Below are positions 37,534 through 46,115 of a DNA stretch of 64,000 bases, in pieces; position 1 is the stretch's first letter, and each line of letters starts with the position of its first letter. A program made the position numbers and the translations under genes. This stretch comes from an uncultured Bdellovibrionales bacterium (lineage in GTDB: Bacteria > Patescibacteriota > Minisyncoccia > Moranbacterales > DUUL01): NCBI GenBank assembly GCA_964505305.1, contig CAZDHE010000001.1, positions 95,967 to 159,966 of the forward strand, in the 5' to 3' direction. Below the pieces are notes generated by a model. The model did not search any database. It saw only the letters and a program-made list of their open reading frames with translations, and was not told where the DNA came from.

Positions 37534-38085
37534 GTGAGCTACACCGGAAGAATTTTTATAGGTATCAATCTTGACCAAAAAGCCAAGCAATTTATTTCCA
37601 AAAAAGTTGCCGGAATAAACTGGAAAAACAAGCTCAATCTTCGTTTTGTTGATCCGGAAAACTATCATTTAACTTTGATGTTCCTGGGAGTTTTAAGAGG
37701 AGAAGATATCGCTGATATTTGCTTAAAGCTTAGGGAGGCCTTAAAAAAAACGGAAGTTTTTGATCTTGAATTTGAGGAATTCGTCAAAGCTCCATCCAAA
37801 GAAAATCCCAAGATGATCTGGCTTGCTGGTAAAGAAAGCCAAGAATTGACTGATTTAAAGAATAAAATAGAAAATGCTTTAATAGAATGTAAGACCGACG
37901 CCAAGAAGTTTTCTCCTCATATTACTATCGCCAGAGCCAAGAAAGGAGACTTGTCTGAAGAAGAAATTAATCAAAAAGCTCGCCTGCTTGCTCCGGTGGA
38001 AAGTGTGGAAGTGCTGGAAAGCGTTATGGAGCATGGAAAAAGAAGATATCTTACCTTGGAAACTATACCTTTGAAAGAATTTTAA
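37534..38085 (+). CDS. thpR: RNA 2',3'-cyclic phosphodiesterase (2H phosphoesterase, LigT/ThpR)
   Basis: The two H-x-T/S-x motifs are HLTLMFLG and PHITIAR. The length is 183 aa. Confidence 0.85.
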   Translation: MSYTGRIFIGINLDQKAKQFISKKVAGINWKNKLNLRFVDPENYHLTLMFLGVLRGEDIADICLKLREALKKTEVFDLEFEEFVKAPSKENPKMIWLAGKESQELTDLKNKIENALIECKTDAKKFSPHITIARAKKGDLSEEEINQKARLLAPVESVEVLESVMEHGKRRYLTLETIPLKEF

Positions 38086-38789
38086 TGAAAATTCTCGGTG
38101 TTCAAGTAGATGAATATAGTAAAAATGAAATCCGGCAAAAGGTGGAGGCTTCTTTGAGGGGTGAAGAATTTTTGACAATAGCGACCCTCAATCCGGAAAT
38201 GCTTTTGTTTGCTGAAAAAAATTCTTCTTATGCTAAAATACTAAACAGCTTTGATTTGAAAATAGTTGACGGCTTTGGCTTGCAATTGGCCGGGCTTTTC
38301 AAGTTCCATCGAGAAATCGCTCGTTTTCCCGGATCCGACTTAGCCGGGTTTATTTTAAAAAAATCGCTCAAAGAGAACCGAAGAGTCGCCTTGATAAATA
38401 AAAAAGGCGGTCTTAGCAACAAGAGGGATTTAGAGTCTAAGTTTGGCGCTATTCAAGGAGTGGATGTTTTTGATGTAGAGATGAATTCAAACTACTCGCA
38501 ATTTGCCATGCAGCACCTGTTAAAAACAGAAATTTTACTGGTCGGTCTCGGGGCGCCCGAACAGGAAAAATTTATTCAGGCGGCTAAAGACAAAATCCCC
38601 AATCTCAAACTCGCTATCGGCGTCGGCGGAACTTTGGACTTCTGGAGCGGAAAACAAAAAAGAGCCCCCCGGTGGATGCGAAAAATCGGCTTGGAGTGGC
38701 TCTATAGATTCTGTCGCCAACCCAAAAGATATCGAAGAATATTCAACGCAATAATCATTTTTCCCTTCAAAGTTTTTATAAAAAACTGA
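38085..38789 (+). CDS. WecB/TagA/CpsF family glycosyltransferase (GT26)
   Basis: MKILGVQVDEYSKNEIRQKV...TIATLNPEMLLFA...DLKIVDGFGL...LLVGLGAPEQEKF is the family core. It overlaps the thpR stop by ATGA. Confidence 0.85.
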   Translation: MKILGVQVDEYSKNEIRQKVEASLRGEEFLTIATLNPEMLLFAEKNSSYAKILNSFDLKIVDGFGLQLAGLFKFHREIARFPGSDLAGFILKKSLKENRRVALINKKGGLSNKRDLESKFGAIQGVDVFDVEMNSNYSQFAMQHLLKTEILLVGLGAPEQEKFIQAAKDKIPNLKLAIGVGGTLDFWSGKQKRAPRWMRKIGLEWLYRFCRQPKRYRRIFNAIIIFPFKVFIKN

Positions 38790-38981
38790 TAATGTTCAAA
38801 AATTATTATTCTAAGCCCGGTTTTAAAGCCACGGTTTAAGAGTTTTCTATATTTAAGCCTTTAAAGACTATGCCATAGTGAAGCTGGAGATAGAAACCCT
38901 TGTAAAATAAAAAGCTTAATGAGCGCTAAATTTAGAAGACAAAAGGAGAAAGCTATTTCTTAAAATAAAAGCTGAGTTTTT

Positions 38982-39707
38982 ATGAAACAAAGATTTTGGG
39001 AAATAGATTTTTTAAGAGGAGCGGCTGTTGTGATGATGGTCATTTTTCACTTTGCTTGGTATCTTGATTTTTTTACCGGTCTGGAAATTTCTTTAAAAAG
39101 CTTTTTTTGGGAAATTTTTCGAATTATCACAGTCTCCGCATTTTTGTTTTTGGTTGGGATTTCTCTTTATATAAGCTCCCATAGTAAGGATGGGGTCTTT
39201 CTCAAATTTGCCAAGAGGGGTTTATACATTTTTTCGTTGGGGCTTGGGATTACTTTATTTACCAAGATATTTTTTCCGGACCATTACGTTTTCTTCGGCA
39301 TTTTGCATTTAATCGGAGTTTCCATTTTTTTAGCTTACTTCTTTTTGGATTTTAAATTTATAAACTTATTTTTCGGTTTTGCCTTTTTTGCTCTAGGAGG
39401 GTTGTTGAAAGCGCTCTCTCTTGATATTTCCTGGCTGTATTTCTTGGGGTTTTCTTCAAGCAATATATCTACTTTGGATTTTTATCCAATTATACCCTGG
39501 TTTGGAGTAGTTTTGTGGGGAATATTTGCCGCTAAAATTCTTTACAAAGACAGAGTCAGACAATTCAAACTGCTTGATTTGGGTGACAATTTCTTGATAA
39601 AAAAATTTTGCTTCTTGGGTAGAAATTCTTTGTTGATATATTTCCTTCACCATCCGGTGTTGACATTACTGGTTTACCTTATTCAGTTTTGGCTTAGATC
39701 GGGTTAA
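38982..39707 (+). CDS. DUF1624/acyltransferase-3-like integral membrane protein
   Basis: The N-terminal REIDFLRGAAVVMMVIFHF motif is typical of the family. There are about 8 TM helices. Confidence 0.5.
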   Translation: MKQRFWEIDFLRGAAVVMMVIFHFAWYLDFFTGLEISLKSFFWEIFRIITVSAFLFLVGISLYISSHSKDGVFLKFAKRGLYIFSLGLGITLFTKIFFPDHYVFFGILHLIGVSIFLAYFFLDFKFINLFFGFAFFALGGLLKALSLDISWLYFLGFSSSNISTLDFYPIIPWFGVVLWGIFAAKILYKDRVRQFKLLDLGDNFLIKKFCFLGRNSLLIYFLHHPVLTLLVYLIQFWLRSG

Positions 39708-39817
39708 GCAGATTTTCTTTTTACGGGGTTAAAAAAATGTTATGCTTATAGTGAGCTCTAAAAAAGGGATGGGTGAACTTCCAATAGGGAAAGGATATTA
39801 AAATAAAAATAATTTTT

Positions 39818-40228
39818 ATGAAAACTATCAGGGTTTTGATTTTGGAGGATGATTTGAAGGCTTGCCAGGCGATATTGAAGGTTCTGGAGGAGGTGGAGTT
39901 TGAGGCGATAAAAAAGGGGGTTGAACTTTCGGCGCTGGTTTTTCAGGAGCGTGTTTTTGTGGAGGAATTTGTCAACCAAAGGGAGTGGACCGGCGAAGAG
40001 ATTGTTTTTCTGGATCGAGAAGCGGACAAGGGTCAAGCCGGAAATTTTCACGATTTGGACTTTGAGAAATTTGACAAAGACAGAATCATCTCCATCTCTT
40101 CCGTTCCGGATTTCAACGAAGATGCCAGGAAACGGGGAATTAATCGGGTGGTTCAGAAAGATTTTACTAAGATGGATGAGTTTGGGGAAAAGATTGAAAG
40201 GGAGCTGCGGGTCATATTAGGTTTATAA
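39818..40228 (+). CDS. Atypical receiver(REC)-like single-domain protein
   Basis: VLILEDD, IVFLDRE (candidate phospho-Asp), ISISS and VVQKDF follow REC topology, but the domain is divergent. Confidence 0.5.
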   Translation: MKTIRVLILEDDLKACQAILKVLEEVEFEAIKKGVELSALVFQERVFVEEFVNQREWTGEEIVFLDREADKGQAGNFHDLDFEKFDKDRIISISSVPDFNEDARKRGINRVVQKDFTKMDEFGEKIERELRVILGL

Positions 40229-40297
40229 TACAATCCTTCAATAAGCGCTATTTAACAAAAAAGGGTGTGGCAATATAAGAAAATAAACAATAATTAA

Positions 40298-40600
40298 AAG
40301 GAAGCAATAAAAGAAAAAATAGAAAACATCAATGTTCCCAATGAAGATATGGGAAATTGGATTAACACTCTGTATGAAGCCGGTTTTTCTCAAGAGGAAA
40401 TTGACAAGGCGATGGTGATGCTCAATGATCAGCATGCTGAGCAAAAATAGGAAGTGTACGAGAAAGAAATTGAAAAATTGGCCGGGGATGAGTTCAAAAA
40501 AATTAGAAGGAAGATTAAATTGGAAACCGGGCGCTCGCTGAATTTGCAACAAAGAGAAACCTTGTGGGATTTGGTGAAAACCAAACCAAAACAAAAGAAT
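40298..40600 (+). pseudogene. Coding-like frame without a start codon, interrupted by an in-frame TAG (possible gene remnant or two tiny ORFs)
   Basis: The frame reads KEAIKEKIENINVPNEDMGNWINTLYEAGFSQEEIDKAMVMLNDQHAEQK*EVYEKEIEKLAGDEFKKIRRKIKLETGRSLNLQQRETLWDLVKTKPKQKN*. There is no ATG upstream. The only ORF the track calls here is a low-complexity antisense one. Confidence 0.25.
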
Positions 40601-40620
40601 TAAGAAGATTGTAAGTGTTT

Positions 40621-40759
40621 AAATAATATTATAACTCCCATATTCACATTTCAAAGGTCTCATTGATATTACCATGGTTCCATCTTAGCGTCTCAAAAAG
40701 TTATTGCACTTTTGCTCATTGAAGGGTATTATTTAAGCAATTGGCGCGAATATTTAATT
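40621..40759 (+). repeat. 139-bp direct repeat copy 1 (promoter plus leader of Cys-rich paralog 1)
   Basis: 138 of 139 positions are identical to 42443-42581 (one c/t difference). It ends 18 nt before the start codon. Confidence 0.85.
40704..40732 (+). promoter_or_regulatory. Sigma-70-type promoter: -35 TTGCAC, 17-bp spacer, -10 TATTAT
   Basis: Read directly: ttgcac-tttttgctcattgaaggg-tattat. It lies 46 nt upstream of the ATG at 40778. Confidence 0.5.
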
Positions 40760-40777
40760 TATAAATAAAATTAAAAT

Positions 40778-42448
40778 ATGGAAACTAAAAATGAAAAAAG
40801 ATGGAAAAAAATATTAAAATGGCCTATTACCGGAAAAGCTTATTGGTTTATAGGAGTAAAGATTGGATTTTTGCTCGTTTTCTTGTTTTTTCTTATTGCT
40901 GGTTTAGTAGTAGTTTTTCAATTATTAAATGGTAATGAGTTTCCTTCTGGTATGGTGGTTTTTCATCATCACAGGAACTATTTTCTGGAGCCAGTGATAA
41001 GAAATGTGTTTTGGGTTGATTCCACCTTTTCTATCGACAGGGGAAGAATTTGTAATTATCTTGTTTTTCCCAACGCAGTAGGTTTAACTTTTTCGTTTTT
41101 GTTTGTAATGATACCACTCACATTTATTGGATCATTACTGGATATTTTTAAAAGAAAAAAGTTTGTACCATTTGCATTAATTTCCTTCCTTGTTATATCT
41201 GCAGTTTCCTACTATTGCATTATCGAATTTTCCAACTTTCCATTTAGATGCAATCTCATGTTTGACAATGTACATAAGAGTAGTGGAATTTCTGCCAGAA
41301 GCAGCTGCTTAATCAGTGAGTTGAAATCAAGTGAAGAAAACAAAGACCCATCCTACTGTGAAAAAATGACAAATAGTTATAAAGTAGAATGCTATGATTT
41401 AATTTTAGAGAAAATGAATAAAAAGAATTGTCAAGATTTAAGCTTTTGTAATTCATTTCCAAAAGAATACAAGAATAGATTTACTACTTGGAAATATCAA
41501 ACTGATTGCTTGATAAGCTGCGCATTGATAAATAATGATAAATCAATATGCAAAAAACTTGATTCGGAAGAAGAAGTAGAGGGTTGCGAAAACAAAGTGG
41601 ATATTGACAACAAGGTAGAGCCCTATTTGAGCGAAACTGAAAAGCAAAGCGTCGATGAAGATGCATTGGAAAGATATAAAGAGCAATTTGAAACCTGTAT
41701 TTATGTGCATAGTGGTAAATTTGCAGATGAAACAACAGATAAAATAGAAAAAGGCTCAGAGGAATGCCTTCAAGAAAGAAGATTAACACACAATCGAAAT
41801 TGCTACATATTCTTTAAAGACAAGTGTTACTTAGATATAGTAGAAATAAATGGCAATGTTCTTAATTGCAAAAAAATATACAACTCAAATAAAAAGGATG
41901 AATGTTATTACAAAGCATCATTGAGTTTAAATGATTATAAATCTTGCGATAATATCAAAGATAAAAAAATGAGAATGCATTGTAAAGAAGAAATTAAAAA
42001 AGGCGAAAACGAAAAATGGAAAAATTACAAACATAAATCAGGAGTAAGCTTTAAATATCCTGCGAATTGGCATGTTAAGTTTGATCCTGTTGTTAACAGA
42101 ATAATAATAGAATCCGAAAAGAGAAACGGAATTGATTGGACAAGGCCTGGTATGTTGTGTGCTAGTAGAGTGCGCTTTGGAACCAAAGACAATGAGGGGT
42201 TGTCTTTAAATGAATATATTGAAAAATATGAAAAAGATGCAAAAAACATTAAGAGAGTTAAAGTTGACGGAAAAAATGCTATAAGGTTTATACCAAGGCC
42301 AGACTCCTCATACGAAATCTACATCTCACTGGAAGATTCAAAATTGTTTTATCTTGAGTCATCTTTAGAAAAAGGCCATGAAAAACATGAAGAATTGTTT
42401 AATAAAATGATGCAAAGCATTGAAATCAATGAATCACCATTGAAATAA
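40778..42448 (+). CDS. Cys-rich repeat membrane protein, paralog 1 (3 N-terminal TM helices, Cys-rich ectodomain, conserved C-terminal domain)
   Basis: 556 aa. The N-terminus is KWPITGKAYWFIGVKIG. The ectodomain holds about 30 Cys in repeated C-x-C/CY spacing. The C-terminus is SFKYPANWHV...FNKMMQSIEI, shared with paralog 2. Confidence 0.6.
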   Translation: METKNEKRWKKILKWPITGKAYWFIGVKIGFLLVFLFFLIAGLVVVFQLLNGNEFPSGMVVFHHHRNYFLEPVIRNVFWVDSTFSIDRGRICNYLVFPNAVGLTFSFLFVMIPLTFIGSLLDIFKRKKFVPFALISFLVISAVSYYCIIEFSNFPFRCNLMFDNVHKSSGISARSSCLISELKSSEENKDPSYCEKMTNSYKVECYDLILEKMNKKNCQDLSFCNSFPKEYKNRFTTWKYQTDCLISCALINNDKSICKKLDSEEEVEGCENKVDIDNKVEPYLSETEKQSVDEDALERYKEQFETCIYVHSGKFADETTDKIEKGSEECLQERRLTHNRNCYIFFKDKCYLDIVEINGNVLNCKKIYNSNKKDECYYKASLSLNDYKSCDNIKDKKMRMHCKEEIKKGENEKWKNYKHKSGVSFKYPANWHVKFDPVVNRIIIESEKRNGIDWTRPGMLCASRVRFGTKDNEGLSLNEYIEKYEKDAKNIKRVKVDGKNAIRFIPRPDSSYEIYISLEDSKLFYLESSLEKGHEKHEELFNKMMQSIEINESPLK

Positions 42449-42581
42449 TATTATAACTCCCATATTCACATTTCAAAGGTCTCATTGATATTACCATGGT
42501 TCCATCTTAGCGTCTCAAAAAGTTATTGCACTTTTGCTCATTGAAGGGTATTATTTAAGCAATTGGTGCGAATATTTAATT
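42443..42581 (+). repeat. 139-bp direct repeat copy 2 (promoter plus leader of Cys-rich paralog 2)
   Basis: See copy 1. It overlaps the last codons of paralog 1. Confidence 0.85.
42526..42554 (+). promoter_or_regulatory. Sigma-70-type promoter (duplicate of 40704-40732)
   Basis: An identical -35 TTGCAC, 17-bp spacer and -10 TATTAT precede the ATG at 42595. Confidence 0.5.
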
Positions 42582-42594
42582 AATAAACACATAA

Positions 42595-44073
42595 ATGAAA
42601 AACAAAAAAATAAATTTCTGGAGAAGTGTATGGAATTGGCTTTTAAAGGGAGGCTACTCTTGGCTTATTGGGGCAAAGATTGGATTGGTTTCTTTTTTTG
42701 TCATTTTACCTGTTTTCTTTTATTGCATTGCCTTTCCGATAGAAGTGCTTGTTACAAACACCCTGGGTTTTGATGTTTCAAATTGTCACATGTTTTTATG
42801 TGTCCCAACTATTTTAGGTGTATTTTTTTTACTTTTTTTTCTTATTCTTGCAGGAGCAATTGTAGGGTCTTTTTTTGATGTCATCAAAAAAGTAAATTTT
42901 TTGACTTCATCCTTTTTCATTTTAATTGGAGTTATTATGGTTTTATACTACTTTGTTGTTAATTTCTCGACACCTCCAAAAAAGTGCGAATTCCTCTTTG
43001 ATTTCTCGCCCGGCTTTCCTAGAAGTGAGTGTTTTTTGAATAATTTGAAGTATAAAGAAAAAAGCAATAGTCTTTCATATTGTGATAAAATCAAAATCAA
43101 ATCTAGTAAATGCGAAGATTTGATTATTAGTAACGTTAATGAGGAGCAATGTCAGGAACTAAATTTTTGTAATCAATTTTCCAACAAGGATGCGTGTTTA
43201 GAAAAATGCATGCTACATAAACAAGAGTTAAAAAATTGCATGATTCATCTTACAGAAAAATCAAGCGAAAAAGTAAAAAATAATATTTCTAAATGCTTAC
43301 ACTCCTCTGAAGTTGAGAAGTTTGAGAAGTGTTATGAACAGAGCAAAGACATTTGTTATTCAAAGTTGGCAAAACAAATATGGAAAATTGAAAATTGCAA
43401 TAAAATTGAAGCCTTAAACAAAAAAGAGGAATGCTACCACGATTTAGCCTATCAAAAAAAGGATATCAATATTTGCCATAAGATTAATAAATCTAGTCTG
43501 AAAAATTCTTGTTATTTATTAGTTGCCAGCAAGAAAAAAAACTCCAAACCTTGTCAAAATATTAACAAGGATCAAACGAAAAAAAAGTGCATAAAAATTG
43601 CGAATAGGGATGATATTGATGCTTGGCAAACTCATGATGTTTTTAAAAAGGGCAACTTAAATCTCTCCCTCGAATTGCCTTTGTTTTGGAAGTTGGTTGA
43701 TAACAAAACAAACAAGGAAATCATACCAAAGGAACAAGTAAATTGTGTTAGCCAAGAAGGTGCGGACGAGACATGTATAGACAAAATCAAGCTAAAATAT
43801 TATGAAAATAGAAACAATCTGAATTTGGAGACATTTTTCCGAAAGAAGTTTGGTTGGAAAAAAGGGACTAATTTCAAAAATGTTAACACAATAAACGTAA
43901 ATGATTATTATATGTCTAATGCTACTTTAATATATCCTCATGATGGAGAAGAGGATCCATCCGTGTGGATAGGCATAGCATCAGGTTATTATAAAATATC
44001 GGGAAACTATTTAGAGAGATACCAAGAAGAAATTTTTGATAAGATTGTTCAAAGCATCGAAATCAGTAAATAA
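42595..44073 (+). CDS. Cys-rich repeat membrane protein, paralog 2
   Basis: 492 aa. The N-terminus is WNWLLKGGYSWLIGAKIG and there are 3 TM helices. The ectodomain has about 30 Cys in about 22-aa repeats (ENCNKIEALNKKEECYHDLAYQKKDINICHKI...). The C-terminus is IVQSIEISK. Confidence 0.6.
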   Translation: MKNKKINFWRSVWNWLLKGGYSWLIGAKIGLVSFFVILPVFFYCIAFPIEVLVTNTLGFDVSNCHMFLCVPTILGVFFLLFFLILAGAIVGSFFDVIKKVNFLTSSFFILIGVIMVLYYFVVNFSTPPKKCEFLFDFSPGFPRSECFLNNLKYKEKSNSLSYCDKIKIKSSKCEDLIISNVNEEQCQELNFCNQFSNKDACLEKCMLHKQELKNCMIHLTEKSSEKVKNNISKCLHSSEVEKFEKCYEQSKDICYSKLAKQIWKIENCNKIEALNKKEECYHDLAYQKKDINICHKINKSSLKNSCYLLVASKKKNSKPCQNINKDQTKKKCIKIANRDDIDAWQTHDVFKKGNLNLSLELPLFWKLVDNKTNKEIIPKEQVNCVSQEGADETCIDKIKLKYYENRNNLNLETFFRKKFGWKKGTNFKNVNTINVNDYYMSNATLIYPHDGEEDPSVWIGIASGYYKISGNYLERYQEEIFDKIVQSIEISK

Positions 44074-44104
44074 CTAGAAAAATAACATTTTAATCAAATT
44101 TTAT

Positions 44105-44494
44105 ATGAACTCACTAATTTTTATTTTTGGGTTTGGCGTGGGGGTGGCTGTGGCTTGGTTTTTTATGCGGGAGGCTATGGAGAGGCACAGGGTGGAGGTG
44201 GATCGGATGGAAAGGGAGAAGCAAGAGCAGGAAGAGGTTGGGAGCGGGCTGGAAGGATTTAACGAGGAAGTCCAGAGGAGGATCGAGGGGCGCAAAGCTA
44301 AAATTATCCATGAGATTCAGCGGGCCGGCGCTGTGCAAAACCAGGAGGTGGCGGATATGCTGGATGTCTCTTCCCGCACTGCATTGCGGTATTTATCGGA
44401 GTTGGAGAAAGAGGGAAAAATTCGGCAAGTGGAAAAACTCGGCCGGAATGTTCGGTATGTGCTGAAAAAGGATGCTCTAAACCCGCCAAACTAG
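44105..44494 (+). CDS. Membrane-tethered winged-helix (DeoR-type HTH) DNA-binding protein
   Basis: The N-terminal TM helix is LIFIFGFGVGVAVAWFFM, followed by a charged coiled-coil-like segment. The C-terminal wHTH is IIHEIQRAGAVQNQEVADMLDVSSRTALRYLSELEKEGKIRQV...RNVRYVL. GC content is strongly elevated compared with the rest of the window. Confidence 0.55.
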   Translation: MNSLIFIFGFGVGVAVAWFFMREAMERHRVEVDRMEREKQEQEEVGSGLEGFNEEVQRRIEGRKAKIIHEIQRAGAVQNQEVADMLDVSSRTALRYLSELEKEGKIRQVEKLGRNVRYVLKKDALNPPN

Positions 44495-44514
44495 TGTTTG
44501 TCGGGTTTAATTTT
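44479..44514 (+). terminator. Palindromic terminator overlapping the stop codon of the wHTH gene
   Basis: aaacccgccaaac-tagt-gtttgtcgggttt is a 13-bp stem with one mismatch, followed by aatttt. The TAG stop lies in the loop. Confidence 0.5.
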
Positions 44515-44550
44515 AAGGCGGGAGGATTAAATATTTAAACTGGACAAACT

Positions 44551-46041
44551 ATGAAAATGCTAACTAAGTCAGATTTTCTGAAGTTTTGGCAGTGTCCGAA
44601 GGCGCTGTGGCTTAGTGTGTATAGAAAAGACTTAAAACCGGAGGTTAGCGAAAACCAACAGGCAATTTTTGAGGCCGGTTATGAAGTGGAGCAGTATGCT
44701 TACCGGTTGTTTCCCAAAGGCGAGAAGGTTTCCGAGGAGGAAAATAGTGATATTGGACACGAGACAAAGAAAACAAGGGAAATGATTGAAAACAAAAAAC
44801 CGGCTCTTTTCCAACCGGTCTTTTCTGTCGGCGGGTTGTTTTGCCGGTGTGATATTTTGGAGTATGACAAAGGCGGAGAGGCTTGGAATATCTATGAAGT
44901 GAAAAGCTCTACCAAGGCGCAAAAAATTCATTATTATGATTTGGCATTCCAGAAAATTTGCTTGGAAGAAGCGGGGTTGAGGGTCGGAGAGTTGAAGGTG
45001 ATTCATATCAATAAAAATTATGTTAAGTATGGCTCAATCGAGCCGGAGAAATTGCTTGAAACCGAGGACGTAACTGAAAAGGTTTTAAAATTGGAGGAGG
45101 AAACAAGAAAAATGATTCAGGAAGCGTTTGAAGTTCTTAACAAAAAGCAAGAACCGAAAATTCCTATTCTTCGCCAGTGCTGCAATCCTTATCCGTGCGA
45201 TTTTGTGGATTATTGTCTGGGAGAAGTTGAGGTTGACTCTATTTATTCCATCGGCAGCGCTTTGGGCGTTAGAAAATTAAAAGAATTGCTGAGCGGGGAG
45301 ATTTTCAAAGTTCAAGATATCCCGGATAAGATGCTTGATAAAAAGAAGCTTTGGCTGCATAAAGAGCTGGTTAAAAACGGCGGTGTTTATAAAGAAAAAG
45401 AAAATATCAAAAAGGAATTAAGCAAATTGGAATACCCGCTTTATTTCTTGGACTATGAAACTTCTGGGCCGGCTATTCCAATGTTTGACGGTTACAAGCC
45501 ATACCAGCGAATAATTTTCCAATATTCTTTGCATATTCAAAGGACGCCGGGCGGGGAATTGGAGCATCATGAATTTCTCTCAAAAGAAGCGAAAGACCCG
45601 GCTTGGGAGCTTTCCCGAAGCTTGCGGGAGAAGATTGGCGAGAAAGGTAGTTTTATTGTTTGGTATGCTCCTTTTGAAAAAGGATGCAATCAAGAAATAG
45701 GGGAGAGATATCCGGAATTCAAGGAGTTTTATCAAAATATCAATAATAGAATATATGATCTGATGGATGTTTTTAAAAATAGCTACTATGCTCATAAGGA
45801 ATTTCGAGCCAGCGCATCTTTGAAAAATGTTTTGCCGGTGATGGCGCCGGAACTTTCCTACAAGGACTTGGATATTCAAGAGGGCGGCACCGCTTCCAAT
45901 CGGTGGGCAAGAATGATACAATCAGACACAAGCGGAGAAGAAAAGGAGAGAATATATCAAGATCTTTTGAAATACTGCGAGCTGGACACCTTGGCAATGG
46001 TGAGGATTTTGGAGGAATTGAGAAAGGAAATTAAAGAGTAA
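44551..46041 (+). CDS. DUF2779-family protein: N-terminal Cas4/RecB-like Fe-S PD-(D/E)xK nuclease domain plus C-terminal DEDD-like (RNase H-fold) domain
   Basis: The N-terminus LTKSDFLKFWQCPKALWL carries the first Cys. D (CDILEYD) and E-V-K (NIYEVKSS) form the PD-(D/E)xK core. The Q/Y motif is HYYDLAFQ. The Cys cluster is CCNPYPCDFVDYC. The C-terminal half has YFLDYETSG...IIFQYSLHI, like DnaQ-type motif I. Confidence 0.65.
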   Translation: MKMLTKSDFLKFWQCPKALWLSVYRKDLKPEVSENQQAIFEAGYEVEQYAYRLFPKGEKVSEEENSDIGHETKKTREMIENKKPALFQPVFSVGGLFCRCDILEYDKGGEAWNIYEVKSSTKAQKIHYYDLAFQKICLEEAGLRVGELKVIHINKNYVKYGSIEPEKLLETEDVTEKVLKLEEETRKMIQEAFEVLNKKQEPKIPILRQCCNPYPCDFVDYCLGEVEVDSIYSIGSALGVRKLKELLSGEIFKVQDIPDKMLDKKKLWLHKELVKNGGVYKEKENIKKELSKLEYPLYFLDYETSGPAIPMFDGYKPYQRIIFQYSLHIQRTPGGELEHHEFLSKEAKDPAWELSRSLREKIGEKGSFIVWYAPFEKGCNQEIGERYPEFKEFYQNINNRIYDLMDVFKNSYYAHKEFRASASLKNVLPVMAPELSYKDLDIQEGGTASNRWARMIQSDTSGEEKERIYQDLLKYCELDTLAMVRILEELRKEIKE

Positions 46042-46115
46042 AATATGAAAAAACAAGGAAGGTGTCGAGATTTTAAAGCCGGGATGAATGTTTTTATCAT
46101 TAAACGCTTATTATT

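Noticed and set aside
40447-40449. In-frame TAG as evidence for a reassigned stop codon (alternative genetic code)
   Set aside because: All long conserved genes (uvrA, uvrB, pyrG, recJ and others) are found full-length by a standard-code ORF caller and end at TAA, TAG or TGA where expected. The TAG is better explained by a decayed gene or two micro-ORFs.
40238-40594. 118-aa minus-strand ORF
   Set aside because: The low-complexity F/L-rich translation is the antisense of a K/E-rich sense frame, with no domain signal.
42534-42773. 79-aa plus-strand ORF starting inside the 139-bp repeat
   Set aside because: It starts within the promoter/leader repeat and is out of frame with the conserved paralog. 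The real gene starts at 42595 with the conserved N-terminal motif.
44114-44489. Overlapping ORFs 44127-44465 (+), 44114-44338 (-) and 44304-44489 (-)
   Set aside because: They are artefacts of the high local GC content. Only the 44105-44494 frame yields a TM helix plus a coherent winged-helix domain.
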